Shown one piece after another: positions 49,790-63,471 of a stretch of 64,000 nt of DNA; positions within the stretch are counted from its first letter, which is position 1; each line of letters starts with the position of its first letter. Location: contig NC_042998.1 in the NCBI RefSeq assembly GCF_006345805.1, positions 89,032,001-89,096,000 of the forward strand. Reading direction: 5' to 3'. This stretch comes from Octopus sinensis (lineage: Eukaryota). The notes beneath the pieces were generated by a model, which saw nothing but the letters and a program-made list of their open reading frames with translations, was not told the origin of the DNA and ran no database searches. Made by a program: the position numbers and the translations under genes.

Positions 49790-50400
49790 TTGAGTTTTAC
49801 TTTTCACTGATTGTGGCTTGACAGACAATCTGATCAGGCGTATTTTTTCTGGTTTTGTCAATGCTTCTGAAAATTGGTACTGAGGAAGTTAGCCATATAA
49901 CCATGTAGTCCAATAATTATTGGTAGAAATTTAAGTTTATAGTTCGGATAAATTACCTTCAGATTTCCCATCTGTTCAGCACACGTTCTCTTTTGCACTA
50001 AGTTTATTAACATAATGTTGATATCTGCTGGGCACCTGATTTCAACTATAAGGCATAGTTTCTTTTCTCTGTCCCAAATCATTACTCTTGATTTGCTGTA
50101 CTTGCATTTTGTTGACGTCTTTACAGGAATATTCCACCAGCATTCTTTGTGTTTAAGTTTTGATATGCTTTCCACATTACTGTAGCTTGCTAAGAATTAT
50201 CCTATCTACGAATTTCATATTATAATATTGAAACCATGTCATCATATCTAATATGTAAGTATTACCATGAGGATATTTTCGAGTAACAGCTTATGAAGCA
50301 AGTGGCATCCTCAATGTTAATTTCACAAAACCTGCATTAGTTGTCGCATCTTCATGATTTATTTGCATCCCTGTCTCTTTCGTGCATCTGGTAATTCGTG
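49790..50400 (-). pseudogene. Degenerate R4/Dong RLE fragment
   Basis: KECWWNIPVKTSTKCK...MIWDREKKLCLIVEIRCPADINI...FLPIIIG (ORF 49858-50175). Confidence 0.8.
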
Positions 50401-51439
50401 GATATTTTCTGTTTCTGTATTACAAAGTGAAAGCTAATAACTTAATTGTTAATACAGGATAGACTAGTCTGTTTGTCAATGTAGTTGTTATTTTTATGCA
50501 GCTCTACATCAAAAGGACCTTTTACTGGTATCTACACAACCTTTTCTTCTAATGATGTGCACTTTGTAGACTATCGATTTATTGCATGCGAAAATCTCCG
50601 AGGACCATACATTACCTTTCCTGATGTTACATTCTAAACCTTTTTCAGATCCTCATCTATTCGAGATTGCACTGTCTTTGCTTGAATCGGTCTCGCCACC
50701 GATCACATTCGTGCATAGCGTTTGCGGGAAGAATAGGACAATAACATGTGGCCATACAGTGTTGATCGAGGAAGGGTTTTCTGGATGACCACCTTTTGTA
50801 TATTTATGTTGGGATGTCCAGAGGAACGTATTATCTAGGAGTTCTTGCTTATCTCTCCATCAATGTCCAGAAAATGCATGTCTCTCTTTCTCTCTTTCTT
50901 TCCCCCCCTCTCCTTTTGTAACGGCACCAGTGATTGCATGAAGAATGCCTTAGCTTAGCCGCATGTTTTATAGATTTTCTACTTCTCCCTCGACAAAATT
51001 AAAGAACTCGGTTTCATTGCAATAAAATCCTTTTCCCTTCGCCACCCAAGTACAGCGATAACAAGCATAGATTGCAGTTCCATATCTCAGATACTGTCAC
51101 CTTCCTACATGATTGGAGAAAGCGATAGAAAATATTGGTCTTCATGTCTATGTCTCAAACACTGAATAACTTTGCTACAATCATAAAGTTTCAATAAGTA
51201 CAATCAAACACTTTTAGATTTAACAAAGCGATACTTTGGACAGTGTAATCCTTGATATACTAAGATATATGATGGTCACAACAGCAACCATATATCTATT
51301 CGATCAGCTTTGACCTTGGTCTAAATGATAAAATATTAACCATGAAAATATCCACCCCAGTACCATCCATCTTTGCCATAAACTATAACCAAAATTGCCA
51401 TCAACATGAATAATCCTTACATCTTTCTGATTCTTCTGT

Positions 51440-52230
51440 AACATGTTGACAATTCTGTCCAACTTACGTAACACTCTCCATTGCAACAAACACCACCACA
51501 ACTGTCAATGCCATCACAATATTCACAACAAATGTCGCCATCTAACAACTATTACCACAGACACTAGCAAGGGAGCATCTACCTGGTCTTTCGATTCACT
51601 AGATATTACAGCCAAATTCACCTTCTCCCAAATTGCCCTACCATCTTAGAAGAGGACACATGTAGTCAGTTATATAAAAAGACGGGGTGATTCCAGTTGG
51701 GTTGCTTTCATCACGTCTGCTCAGTGAGGGTAAAGTTGAGGACGCAACAGCAATAATGACAGTATCACACCATAGTCGATAACATGCCAATAATAATCAA
51801 TAATAAGGACCACATCTACGGCAGCTTCACGGTGATCACAATAACAGTGACAACAAATGCAACTTTCACATCGACCTCACAAATGCAACCTCCTCCCACG
51901 TTCATCACAATTTTCACCATAATCTCTTCTACCAAAGCCACCATAATCGCGTCGTGAAGACGACTTCCTTTTCCTCAAAACTTCCATTTTAATTACAATC
52001 ACTACCATTGTGTCTACCACCATCTCTACAACAACAACTTCCACGATAGTGTCTTACATCATAGCAACTAGCACTACCCGAATAACCACGACAACAATAA
52101 CCATTTATTCCTCCACCACCATTCCCATTACCATTACCACCACTGCAGTTATTCAACTTACAATTACCACTACCACAGCTACCACCACCACAGCCTACAC
52201 CTCTATAAGAACGGCCATAACAAATATATA
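51440..52230. repeat. Degenerate ACC/ACA-rich low-complexity region
   Basis: Decayed trinucleotide repeats. They explain the Thr-rich ORF 52010-52249. Confidence 0.7.
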
Positions 52231-52799
52231 CAAACTAAAAATTAAATAACATAGATATGGAAATAGAAAGCAATTAGGAACATAAATAAGCAAAGAACTA
52301 TAAAAAAGCAGATTTCGTTTTGATATTTTTTCCTTCAAGAATGTTCGTCTACATCTATTAATAACATCTTGAATAAGTATCATTGGATTTTTTCTCTTTG
52401 GTTCAGCATAATATTTTTGATTGCTTCTTGAGATTTTTCTACGTATAGATATATTCATATGTATACATGGATACATAACTTAAATACTTCTAGACATGTG
52501 TTGGGTTTAACACCACCATCTGGTCCATGGGTTGTCGTGACCTTACATTGCACCGACATACACTACACTTCTCTAAATGCCACAAACTGAAACGAAGCTT
52601 GCTGGACATGTTTAATCCCTCTTCTCTAATATCTTTCTAGCGCAGTCCTTAAAGTTAAGGTTAGGGTTAGAATTAGAACTCCCTTTTTTATATATGTTTT
52701 TCCAGCAGCCATCGATTAAACGGAACGTTAATGGTATCCACTTGTCTAATCCATCTCGGAAGGCTTTGGCACAGAACCTTTCTTCAGACTAAATCAGTA

Positions 52800-52970
52800 G
52801 CAATCCTTTCTGCTAAAGGCACAAGACTTGAAATTTGGCGGGAGGGGGACTAGTGGATTACAGTGACTCCAGTCTTTCACTGGTACTTAATTTATTGACT
52901 CCGAAAGGATGAAAGGTAAAGTCAACCTCGGCGGAATTTGAACTCAGAGCGTAGCGACGGGCGAAATACC
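52800..52970 (-). mobile_element. Deu/Nin-like SINE (tail A), 5'-truncated
   Basis: actggtacttaatttattgactccgaaaggatgaaaggtaaagtcaacctcggcggaatttgaactcagag. Confidence 0.85.
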
Positions 52971-55341
52971 ACTTATAACATGCAAATTTGCACATTGATT
53001 TCTATGAATGTTTATACACGTGCATAGAAGTATATGCATGTGTTCACACAAACAGTATTTATTGCCTATTGTTCTTATGACATCTTGGCAGTTTAGGTTA
53101 TTAAAAACTCATCATTAATTTAGTACATCGACTTCGTACTTCTGCAACCTACAGTGACGCGATAAGTGGAAAATTACTCCACTGAACATGCTGAACATGT
53201 GATTTAATAAGTCACATCTTAAATTAACGTGTTTCTTGGCGTATAAGACGCACTATCAAGAAATTGCCCTGCGTCTAATGCAGCTGTATTACTAATGGGA
53301 AGCCACGTGTCGTAGGCTGGAGAGCCGGATGAGCATAAGTCCGCAAGTTACAATAATTGTCACTTATAATAAGATAGCGAAAGCAAGTCAAAAAGTAGCA
53401 CAGTCTGTTAGCAAACTTACAAAAAAATTGCGTAAGATACGTTGGTAATTATGTGAAGTCATCTCCTTCCTCAACATCCTTAACCTACATTCGAGATGTT
53501 TCTTACATTATTTAATGAAAATATTACCTTTAAGAAATATTTTTTGATTGCCTAAATGAAGACTTTTCTTAGAAAGAAGAAGGGAAATATTAACCGCCTG
53601 TCAGCTATTTGCAAAGAGTGGAAAAATATTTATTTCTATCTAGCATTGCTCGATTGACTAGAAAGCACTGTTTGAGCTATTGTGATTAGAAATAGTCACC
53701 AAACTAAGATTAGCCTTATTGATTTCCGGATGCAAGGAAGGGTAGTTGGGACATATATTCTTTCGCATGGGTATTAACAAATTAAACAGAAGGGCAACCT
53801 GGAGTCGAACTCGAATTGCAATTACAGACAACCGAGAGATACTATATATCATATGGCTAAATAATCTCTCTCTTCCTCCTCTTTCTTTCTTTTTTCTTTC
53901 TCTTCTTCTTTCTCTTTACATACATACGCACACACACACACACACATATATATATACATACAAACATACAAACATATATACATACATACACATATACATC
54001 TATATATTGGCATATATATATGTATGTATGTGTGTGTGTGTATGTGTATTATGTCTGTAATATATGTATGGATACGAAATTTTTGTCGGCATGTGTGTAC
54101 GTTTAGGGTAATGTTGTACATTATTGCTGAATGTAGCCGTTTTACTAAGTTTTGTTTAGAATAAATTTTGTAAAGCAGGGTTGCATGTTTGTTGTTTCTG
54201 TTGAGCCATATGTTTTGGTAAACGTTTCATCAAATGAATTTCATTCGTTATTGCTCACATCTTGCAGTTTTCTTTTTCACTACAACTTTTGAATCGTTTG
54301 TTATTCATATCATCTTATTTAGTTTTATATTTATATATTTCTATTTGAATAGCAACTGTTTGATATTTCTTATATTGTCGAGATTTACTTTTGTTAATTA
54401 ATTTTGACAGCCATTTAGTCCGTTTTATATTCACTGTTTATTTGGACTTTTTTGTGTGTGTATATATTTGACTGCCTTTTGTAGGCGTGAAAGCTTTTAG
54501 ATTTTCAAGCTGTCTTATTTGAAGTTGCTTTTATTTAAGTTTTCTTTCGACAATCAGAGATTGTTCTGTTTATAACTGATACGATTTCAATAAGAACCAA
54601 AGATGTTAGTTTTATCAAAATTTACAAATGTTACCATTTAATTTTATTGTATACCTTTTTAATGGTAGAAAGATGTTGTAACAGAGAATGATACTAAAAT
54701 GTCCGTTTTAAATCTCACTTTACAAGCAGTTGCTAGTAAAATTAGTATATATGGGCGTTTATTCGTGTATTTATTAGGTCACTTCACAGTCTGGAGAATC
54801 TAAGTTCGATCCCAAAGTGTGACACATTGGACACTATGTGCCTTTAACCAAATCCTTATGATTGAAATTTAACAGACGAAAACTGTCGACCCCTTCAGAT
54901 ATGTCTTTGACAGTTGAATTCGGTTGCGATTCATATCTCAAATCACTCAACGCTAATGTTCTTGCAAAAGGACATTCTATTTCTCACACTTAAAAATATA
55001 AAAAATTCAGGTATCTAATACACATACACACACACATACATACATATATATATATGTCAATATATAGATGTATATGTGTATGTATGTATATATGTTTGTA
55101 TGTTTGTATGTATATATATGTGTGTGTGTGTGCGTATGTATGTAAAGAGAAAGAGGAAGAGAAAGAAAAAAGAATAGAAACATGCTGAGCTTTGCAGGAC
55201 GAGATTTTTCTGAACACTCAAGCGGTTTCGATCCATTTCCCTTTCGCTATAATTCCTTTACTTATTCACGATAAATTAACACTCTTTTTTTCCTAAATAA
55301 AAACAATCAAAAGCTCATAGTTACCTTGCTTCATGAAACCA

Positions 55342-55408
<67 letters not shown>

Positions 55409-55994
55409 ACACACACACACACACATGCATACACATACTCATACACACACGTATATACACATGTATAAATACAAATATGCACGTCGGATAAATACAGGGC
55501 AAATATCCATTTGTTTCACACTAATGAAGTAGATCACTTACTGTTAAGGAATAGCAATCAATAATTGATCAAAAGAGGCTGACGTTTGTTTATCTTATCG
55601 GCATTAAGGGACAAAGAGAATGAGCTAAAAGCAAGAATTTGAACCATCACAGATTAATCTCATATGGCTGACAACCTTCTCAAGCATTACAACGTTTTAT
55701 CCCACCTACGAACATATATATGATATAGATGGACCTGCACCAGTCTTGACGATGAGTATTCTAGCTCTTTGAGCAACCGAAATGCCTAGTTGTTGTATGG
55801 ATGAGTATTCCATGAACAAATGTAATTCGTCTGCACAATATGCACCAAGGCTGACCGTTTGGATTTACATCCAATCCCACACTCGACGTTCTGTCTCCCT
55901 AATTTTACTTTCCTCTGGCATAATCCTAAATATATAGTTACATATTTACAATAGTGTATGTACGTCCCTTATACATTAATACTTATTACTCTTT

Positions 55995-56741
55995 TTACCC
56001 TTTACTCTTTTACATGTTTCAGTCATTTGACTGTGGCCATGCTGGAGCACCGCCCTTAGTCGATCGGGCAAATCGACCACAGGACTTATTCTTTGGAAGC
56101 CTAGTACTTATTCTATCGGTCTCTTTTGCCGAACCGCTAAGTAACGGGACGTAAACACACCAGCATCGGTTGTCAAGCGATGTTGGGGAGCAAACGCAGA
56201 CACACAAACACATACACACATACATATATATATATTTTATATGTAGAATAATACAAACTGGGACAAAAACGTAAAACATTTAGAAGACGATACAAAAAAC
56301 ACGGACGGGACACTCGAAGCCTTCTATCTTCAGTCAAGAACCGGATCATCCTAGCAATTTCGGCTGATTAATCTTGAGATCGCTCCGATCCGGCCAGCCC
56401 CAAGGAAAAACTAAGCTACGAGCATTAGATTTCTTGGAAGAAGGATCGAATGTATACGAAACAGGGACAGAAAAACGGACGATGCCACACGAATATAAAA
56501 TACAAAAAACAATAATGGTAAAAACAGGACAAAAACAGCGGGTGTCTTACGACTAATAAACAGTACAACAAGTTTAGCTGGCGTATTTGAAATAATGCCT
56601 TTATCGGCAGACGAAGACAACGATGTTCTCACGGCAGTGGTCGGAGGCCAAAAGGCTGATTTTGACCAGCGGTCACGTGATAGAAGAGAGAGAATATAAA
56701 ATATATATAGCGACGTCCGTACCCTCGTTGGCCTTATGTAA

Positions 56742-56815
<74 letters not shown>

Positions 56816-56985
56816 TATATACGACGGGCTTCTTTCAATTTCCGTCTACCAAATCCACTCACAAGGTTTTGGTCGACCCGAGGCTACAGTAGAAGATACT
56901 TGCCCAAGGTGCCACGCAGTGGGAATGAATCCGGAACTATGTGGTTGTAAGCAAGCTACTTACCACACAGCCACTCCTACGCCTA
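55995..56985 (-). mobile_element. CORE-type SINE split by a ~500-bp insertion inside its internal microsatellite
   Basis: The SINE 3' half is at 55995-56225 and the 5' half at 56820-56985. Unrelated sequence at ~56240-56745 lies between the (TA)n tracts. Confidence 0.85.
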
Positions 56986-57096
56986 GTTCATATTGCTTTA
57001 TCTTTTACATTCATGTTTAATATTTAACCATTGTTTAGTTCCTTTTCTTTTTTTTCGCTCTTTCAATTAAAACAAATTGTTTTAGAATTATTTTAG

Positions 57097-57234
57097 CACC
57101 AAAACCCTGCGGATATATGAGTGTATCTTTCAAAGATTATTTCATCACAGACGATAACAATGACAATGACAGCAGTTTTCCAAACGGTCCTAAACAGGCC
57201 TTACATATTATTAGAAACTACACCTATTACCTAC
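57097..57234 (+). CDS. Candidate internal coding exon (138 bp, phase 1-1): xPKPCGYMSVSFKDYFITDDNNDNDSSFPNGPKQALHIIRNYTYYL
   Basis: A pyrimidine-rich upstream tract ends in TTTTAG (57091-57096). There are 46 open codons, then GTAAAT at 57235. I do not recognise the protein. Confidence 0.35.
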
Positions 57235-57414
57235 GTAAATTTCTTTCATATTTAGAACAAGCATCTCCTAATACCATTATTATCACTAATTTGTCTTCCT
57301 TTCTTCTCTTTTCTTTTTCTTTTATCCTTTTCTATATCATACATTAGAGATTATACCTTTATTCTTAGTGTTATTCTAATAAAAGTTTTATAACAAAAAT
57401 AAATTATGACAACA

Positions 57415-57810
57415 ATAAATCTTTTACTTGCTTTCAATCATTGGACTGCAGCCATGAAGAATTTTTGTCGAATGAAGCGACTCCTGCACTTATTTGTTCT
57501 TTTTATAAATCTGGTACGTATTCTATCGGTCTCTTTTGCCGAACCAATAAGTTATGGAGGCGCAAACACACTAACACTGATTGTCGAACGATGGTAGGGG
57601 ATCAGACACAGACTAAAAAAACATGAACATACACACGCACACACACATGCGTGCGCGCTCCACGGGATTCTTTCAGTTTCCATCTACCATATCCACTTAC
57701 AAGGCTTTGGTCGGTCCGAAGCTATAGTAGGTGACATCTGCTCAAGGTGCCACGCAGTGGGAGTGAACTATATGGTTGAGAAGCAAACTCCCTAGCACAC
57801 AGCCACAAGA
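57415..57810 (-). mobile_element. CORE-type SINE, moderately diverged
   Basis: tttcaatcattggactgcagccatg...ttctatcggtctcttttgccgaacc...ttcagtttccatctacc...aaggtgccacgcagtggga...cacacagccac. Confidence 0.85.
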
Positions 57811-58041
57811 TGCGAAAGTTGAAGCATACATGTCTGTCTGTATGTATGTATGTATGTATATATGTTTTTAAAAATCGACAGAAAGCGTACAATGAAATTA
57901 GTGTAGGGAGTAGAGAATACAACGTTTAGGTCAGAATCGTTTTTGTGGGTATAAAATGTTTACAGGAGAAAAATTAAACAAAGACATCAGAGTTTTACAT
58001 CCTATATACTTGACAAACTTAAGTGTATATCTATATCTACC

Positions 58042-58136
<95 letters not shown>

Positions 58137-59694
58137 TTGTGTGTCACTTAATTTGCTTTCCATATTAGTCACTGTGTAGGACACACCTAAGGCTATTTTT
58201 CAGAATATAAAAATAAAATAAGCATTTACAAATGCAGCAAATGACCGAAAAAGTTAGCAAACCCTCCCTCACACATGCTACAGGAGTCGAACCTTATTCT
58301 AGTCATAATATGCATAGACCATGTTATCGTTTGTATCTAAGCGTCTGTGAGCATCATAATCTTATAAATTAGTACATATAACAACCTTAAAGGACAAGCT
58401 AATAGCATTTACTTCCTCTCGTCTAGCATGAGGTTTCTAATTATACACACACATACATACATACATACATACATACATACATTACATAAATGAACTCATG
58501 CATACATACATATGTATGTGTGTGCGCGTGTGAATCACCAAAGTACAGGGGAAACGAAGAAATAGACGAGAAAAGCAAGGACACACATACGTATATCCCC
58601 TCATCAGATGTTCAGCAGCTTTCGTGAGTTTAGCTACAAAGCCGCAAACTTCAACATGCCAGTAGATGTAACGTAAAATCTATTAGGGATATGTATAGTG
58701 AAGGCAAACAGTAATATGCGAAAAATATATTATGTACGACAATTTCAGTTTTTGGACTCAGCAAATAGGATATAGAAAGCAGCATTTTTACCCCGACAAG
58801 CAGGGCAATTAATGAAAATACTGAACGAGCTGTTAGATTTTCGACTGAAGTACAAGGAAACAAACAAAATGAGAGTGTTTATATAGGAAATGCTTAGGAC
58901 AGGACATTGGCTTGTCAACGAGGTAAAAAAACGTAGATGAAGGACACAATGAACAGTGAATAGAAGAGTGGATGGAATAAATAACAATAAAAGTACTTGT
59001 AGAAAGGAAGATTATGGAAAAAATCAGAGAGAGTGAAGAAGAGTGGAGAGCGATAAGAAGACCGAAAACTAGCCAAAGAGGAGGATGAAAGAATAGAAAC
59101 GGAGGGAGAAATAAAACAGCAAACAACGGAAACGAGGAGCGGAATGTTGCAAAGAACATAATGCATGCAAGCATTGTTAATGAAACATTTGAGTAGCATT
59201 ACACTTGAAATATCCGGAGCTTTGATTCTAAAAAGCTGATAATTTTTGATTTATTTTAATAAACACAAACAGAGTCGTACATAGAGACCTATGACAAGAC
59301 CTGGAACAATTTCGAAGACCACATACATGTCTGTATAGTGAAAAGTTCTCGTCACAACCATGTTTTCAATCTTCAATGTGCCACAAAGGGGACATCTTAC
59401 GACACAAATCATATGATGGCAGCTAAAATACCAGTTGCCTTCTTTTTCTTACTTTTCAACTAGGCAAGTTGTGTGAAACTCAGCCTTTTATTAAAACCTT
59501 AATTGTTAGCCATTAAGTTACATATTTTCGGACACTCCACATCACCGCTCACATATATTGGCCACATATTAATGGTGTGTGCGTGTCTACGTGTCTGCGT
59601 GCGTATTTACATGTGTGCAAAAAATGGGCAGTTGAAAGAAAATATTTAAGTTAAATATAAATAAAATATATATGAACGGTAATGAAATATCATA

Positions 59695-59728
<34 letters not shown>

Positions 59729-59771
59729 CATATATATATGTAAGTTAAATATAAGATAAGTGAACAATAAT

Positions 59772-59837
<66 letters not shown>

Positions 59838-60465
59838 TAAGATCTTTCAAGTACAAAGTCTGGAAATATTAAAAGGTAAGGAAAATATCCAATAATAACA
59901 CGTTGTTAACATTTATAGTATGTAACTTTTATGGAGAGTATATACATTTATGCTTATATATTTTTTGCTCGCCGCACTCATTTCGGTTCTTATATATAAT
60001 TATGTCGTTTGGGCGGTTCTTCTACTTCTTCTGTCAGACATTTCCGGTCAAATAAATTCCTGTCTGCTTCTTACTATTTAGCTACTAACCATCTGTGCAC
60101 AGTGTGTAGTTTGCAGATACAAAGTTGCTATTTATATAACTGGCATTAAATTCAATATCGTGTAGTGCCTAACAACTTATAGACATTATACAAAGCTTTC
60201 TTTCTGTTATTTTCTTTCTTTGAAAGTGTATTATTAAGAAATTATTGGTTGGGTGGTAGATAAAGAATCGGTTTGGCATCGGACTAATTATCTTATGTTA
60301 TTTAGTAACAACTTTTTTATATTCTGTGTCCAAATCCAGCCACGTTAAGACTGTGTGGCTGGTTTCTCTCCGGGTATCCCTAAGACAGTTAATCGCAATC
60401 GCTTCATTCAAATATACATGTGCCATTGAGCAATATAAGAATTCATTATTATATAAATGCAAACG

Positions 60466-60672
60466 AGGCGCTGAGCTGGCAAAATCATTAACAGTCCGGA
60501 TGAAATGCTACATGGCATTACTTCCAGTTTGGCGTTCTGAGTTCAAATGCCGTCAAGGTTGACTTTGCCATTCGGGGGTCGATAAAATAAGTACTATTTG
60601 AGCACTGGGGTCAATATAATCGATTAAAACACCCACCAAAATAGCCAGCCTTGTGCCAAATGTTGAAAGTAT
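60466..60672 (+). mobile_element. Deu/Nin-like SINE (tail A)
   Basis: gagctggcaaaatcatta...ctgagttcaaatgccg...ggggtcgataaaataagtac...ccttgtgccaaatgttgaaagtatta. Confidence 0.85.
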
Positions 60673-61539
60673 TACATAAATACAAAAGTGACATCAATAC
60701 AATTATAAAGGGCTGTAACCCAAAAGATAAATATTGATACGCCGAGGCCTCAAAAGAATTTCAAAGCTAATTTGAAAAACATATTTCTTTACATATTTAC
60801 TAAACATCGAAATCGGAATGCTGTCTGAAACAGCATCTTGTAACCCTATACATTCCATTTTCGAAACCTAACTAGGTCAATTTGATTTTGATTTGTTTGA
60901 TGGTTGATAAAATAAGTATGACTCGAATGGCTTTGGGAAATAGATCAACATTCCATTTTTCTCTCTTTTACAAATTGTATACATTACATAAGTATGTGAC
61001 AGAAATCATGAACCAGCGAGAGTATTCTCGATAAAAGTATAAAATAAATGTCTTAAATACTGGATTAGAACCATCTCGTTTTACATATATTTTATTCAAA
61101 CTCTTTGGAAAAGTGGGAAAAAAATCACTTATTTCTTGTATTCTGAAACAAAATGCTGCTGTTTAAACTCGTGCAAAATGCATTCTTTTTAATGTTGAAT
61201 AGATCTGGCCGCGATCACATTAAGTTCAATGGTTTATTATAACCATCTACGAAATTTAATTTACTGTTTTACTCCAAACGCGAGTCAATGAAATTAGAGA
61301 AAATAGTGTGAAATATGTTACTGTGTCCATAAGATGCTGCATCTTTATCGGGGTCTGCTCAAGCACACACGCACACACACATACACACACACGCACGCAC
61401 GCACACACACACTCACACAATCTCTCTATCTCTCTCGCTCACACACACAGAGAAAACTGACTATTTTGATGGAAATAGGTATCATAATAAAGGACATGTA
61501 TAGTGCATAAGTGGCAAATATTTCGTTAACTTCTAGAGC

Positions 61540-62126
61540 AACGGAATGGGTAATAAAAGTGTTCATGATGAGGTAGGAAGCGCATCGACCAAGTAAACTG
61601 AATCCTCCTGAGAGGAGTTAGATGACGTAATTAAGTGTATTTCCTAAATATATAATGGTGATGAAAGTGGATTGTATTGGAAACCACAATCCTGAATGCC
61701 TTAAACGTTTATAAATGAAGCGCTCACCCTTGGGCGTTGATTAAGTAAAGAACAATTCATCACTGCTATGTTGTATGAACGTAGATGGTATGCATCTTTT
61801 GAAGTTAATAGCATTGGAGAGCGCAGTACATTTGCAAATTTTGAAAGACATAATGGTCCATCTACTGGTGCTTTATCGCAATACCAAGTTATTATGATTC
61901 AATATACTCTTTACTCTTTTACTTGTTTGTCATTTGACTGCGGCCATGCTGGAGCACCGCCTTTAGTCGAGCAAATCGATCCCGGGACTTATTCTTTGTA
62001 AGCCCAGTACTTATTCTATCGGTCTCTTTTGCCGAACAGCTAGGTGACGGGGACGTAAACACACCAGCATTGGTTGTCAAGCAATGCTAGGGGGACAAAC
62101 ACAGACACACAGACATACACACACAT

Positions 62127-62161
<35 letters not shown>

Positions 62162-62990
62162 TATATACGACAGGCTTCTTTCAGTTTCCGTCTACCAAAT
62201 CCACTCACAAGGCATTGGTCGGCCCGGGGCTATAGGAGAAGATATTTGCCCAAGATGCCACGCAGTGGGACAGAACCCGGAACCATGTGGTTGGTAAGCA
62301 AGCTACTTACCACACAGCTACTCCTGCGCCTATATGCATATCTTTAATGACTCTTTTTTCATGCATTTCATTTGTAAAGTGTATAAAAGCAGAAAAATAT
62401 CCTGTAACATTTTTTGATGAGACGAAGCTTTTCTAAATTTGGACAACGCACCCGTTGACTCAGGAGGTCATCCGCTTCTTAGTAATGATAGTAAAATAAA
62501 GTACAGTTTTTTTGTTACCCAATGTTAATTCCGCAATCCTCCAGTTGAGAAAGGTAAAAGTTTAACAGTATTCTGCCAGAGAATGTGACAATATGTTTGG
62601 ATTGTTGATAGAAGAGGACAAAAGTACTAAGGATATATGAGGACAAAGAGCTCTCGGTAACAACCAGAACTGTAGAACCCTAACTCTGCAATATTCAATA
62701 TAGTAGATACATGCGAACCAAAAGCTTATAAAGATCCTCCGTACAATGTTGTAGTAGATTACGATTTTGAAGTATTCAATGCAAAAGATTTTCCTGGCAA
62801 TGTTAAGAGGTGCTGCGAAACACGACACAGAAGACCACCAGAATTTGACCAGACTGCACAAAGATTTACTCTGAATACCAAGCATTAATAGAAGAAATAA
62901 TGGATGAAGTTCTTGTTGGTGACGACAGAGACAGTAAGGATGACAAAGACGACGAAACATTATTCAAGAAATCCAAACTCTGTTATTCGA
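61540..62990 (+). pseudogene. Tigger/pogo (CENP-B-like DDE_1) transposase fossil, interrupted by a SINE
   Basis: Motifs in order across frames: VHDEVGSA (cf. HGE..SA), IYNGDESGLYWK (N.DETGL.WK), SKEQ, then after the SINE DNAP...H and LPNVNSAILQ (FLP.N.TS..QP.D), then an acidic tail EEIMDEVLVGDDRDSKDDKDDE. Confidence 0.8.
61905..62331 (-). mobile_element. Full-length CORE-type SINE (OR2-like)
   Basis: The minus strand starts aggcgcaggagtagctgtgtggtaag (A box region)...gggttctgtccc (B box)...gtggcatcttgggcaaat (CORE-like), has an internal (TA)n(CA)n, and ends with a (taaaagag) tail. Confidence 0.92.
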
Positions 62991-63262
62991 GAATCCTTTG
63001 ATAACCTCAATTTTTACATTAACTTGTCAACTGAAAACTGACGTTCAACAATATTATTTACGACTTAGAGTCTTAAGGGAACTCATTATCCGAATGCAGC
63101 ATCAGCAAATTAAACAACTGAAACTTAACTCTTATGAAGCCAGTTCATCGCAATCCTGATGCATTAGTTAAACCTTCTGGTGGTGATGATGAACTGCTTG
63201 CTATCTACTCAGCCTCCTCCTCAGTCGCCTCTCCAAGCGAGAGCATCATGACTCAATTAAGT

Positions 63263-63471
63263 AATAATCCTTTCTTCTATAGGCACTAGGCCTGAAATTT
63301 GGGGCTGGGGACTAGTCGATTACATCGATCCTAGCGTTTCACTGGTACTTAATTTATCGACCCCGAAAGGATGAAAGACAAAGTCGACCTTGACGGAGTT
63401 TGAACTCAGAACGTAACAGTAGACGAAATGCCGCTAAGCATTTCGCCCGGCCTGCTAACGATTCTCGCCGC
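63263..63471 (-). mobile_element. Deu/Nin-like SINE (tail A)
   Basis: actggtacttaatttatcgaccccgaaaggatgaaagacaaagtcgacc...tttgaactcagaacgtaac...gcatttcgcccgg. Confidence 0.9.

Noticed and set aside
58601-58624. Minus-strand GAAA...CTGATGA hammerhead-like words
   Set aside because: Only 12 nt separate the motifs, too few for stems III and I, and there is no GAAA after the putative stem II.
59271-59294. RVVHRDL, resembling a kinase catalytic loop
   Set aside because: A stop codon follows immediately. There is no K..N continuation, no DFG and no usable splice acceptor, so it is likely chance.
62562-62960. 132-aa hydrophobic minus-strand ORF suggesting a membrane protein
   Set aside because: It is antisense to the Tigger transposase fossil.
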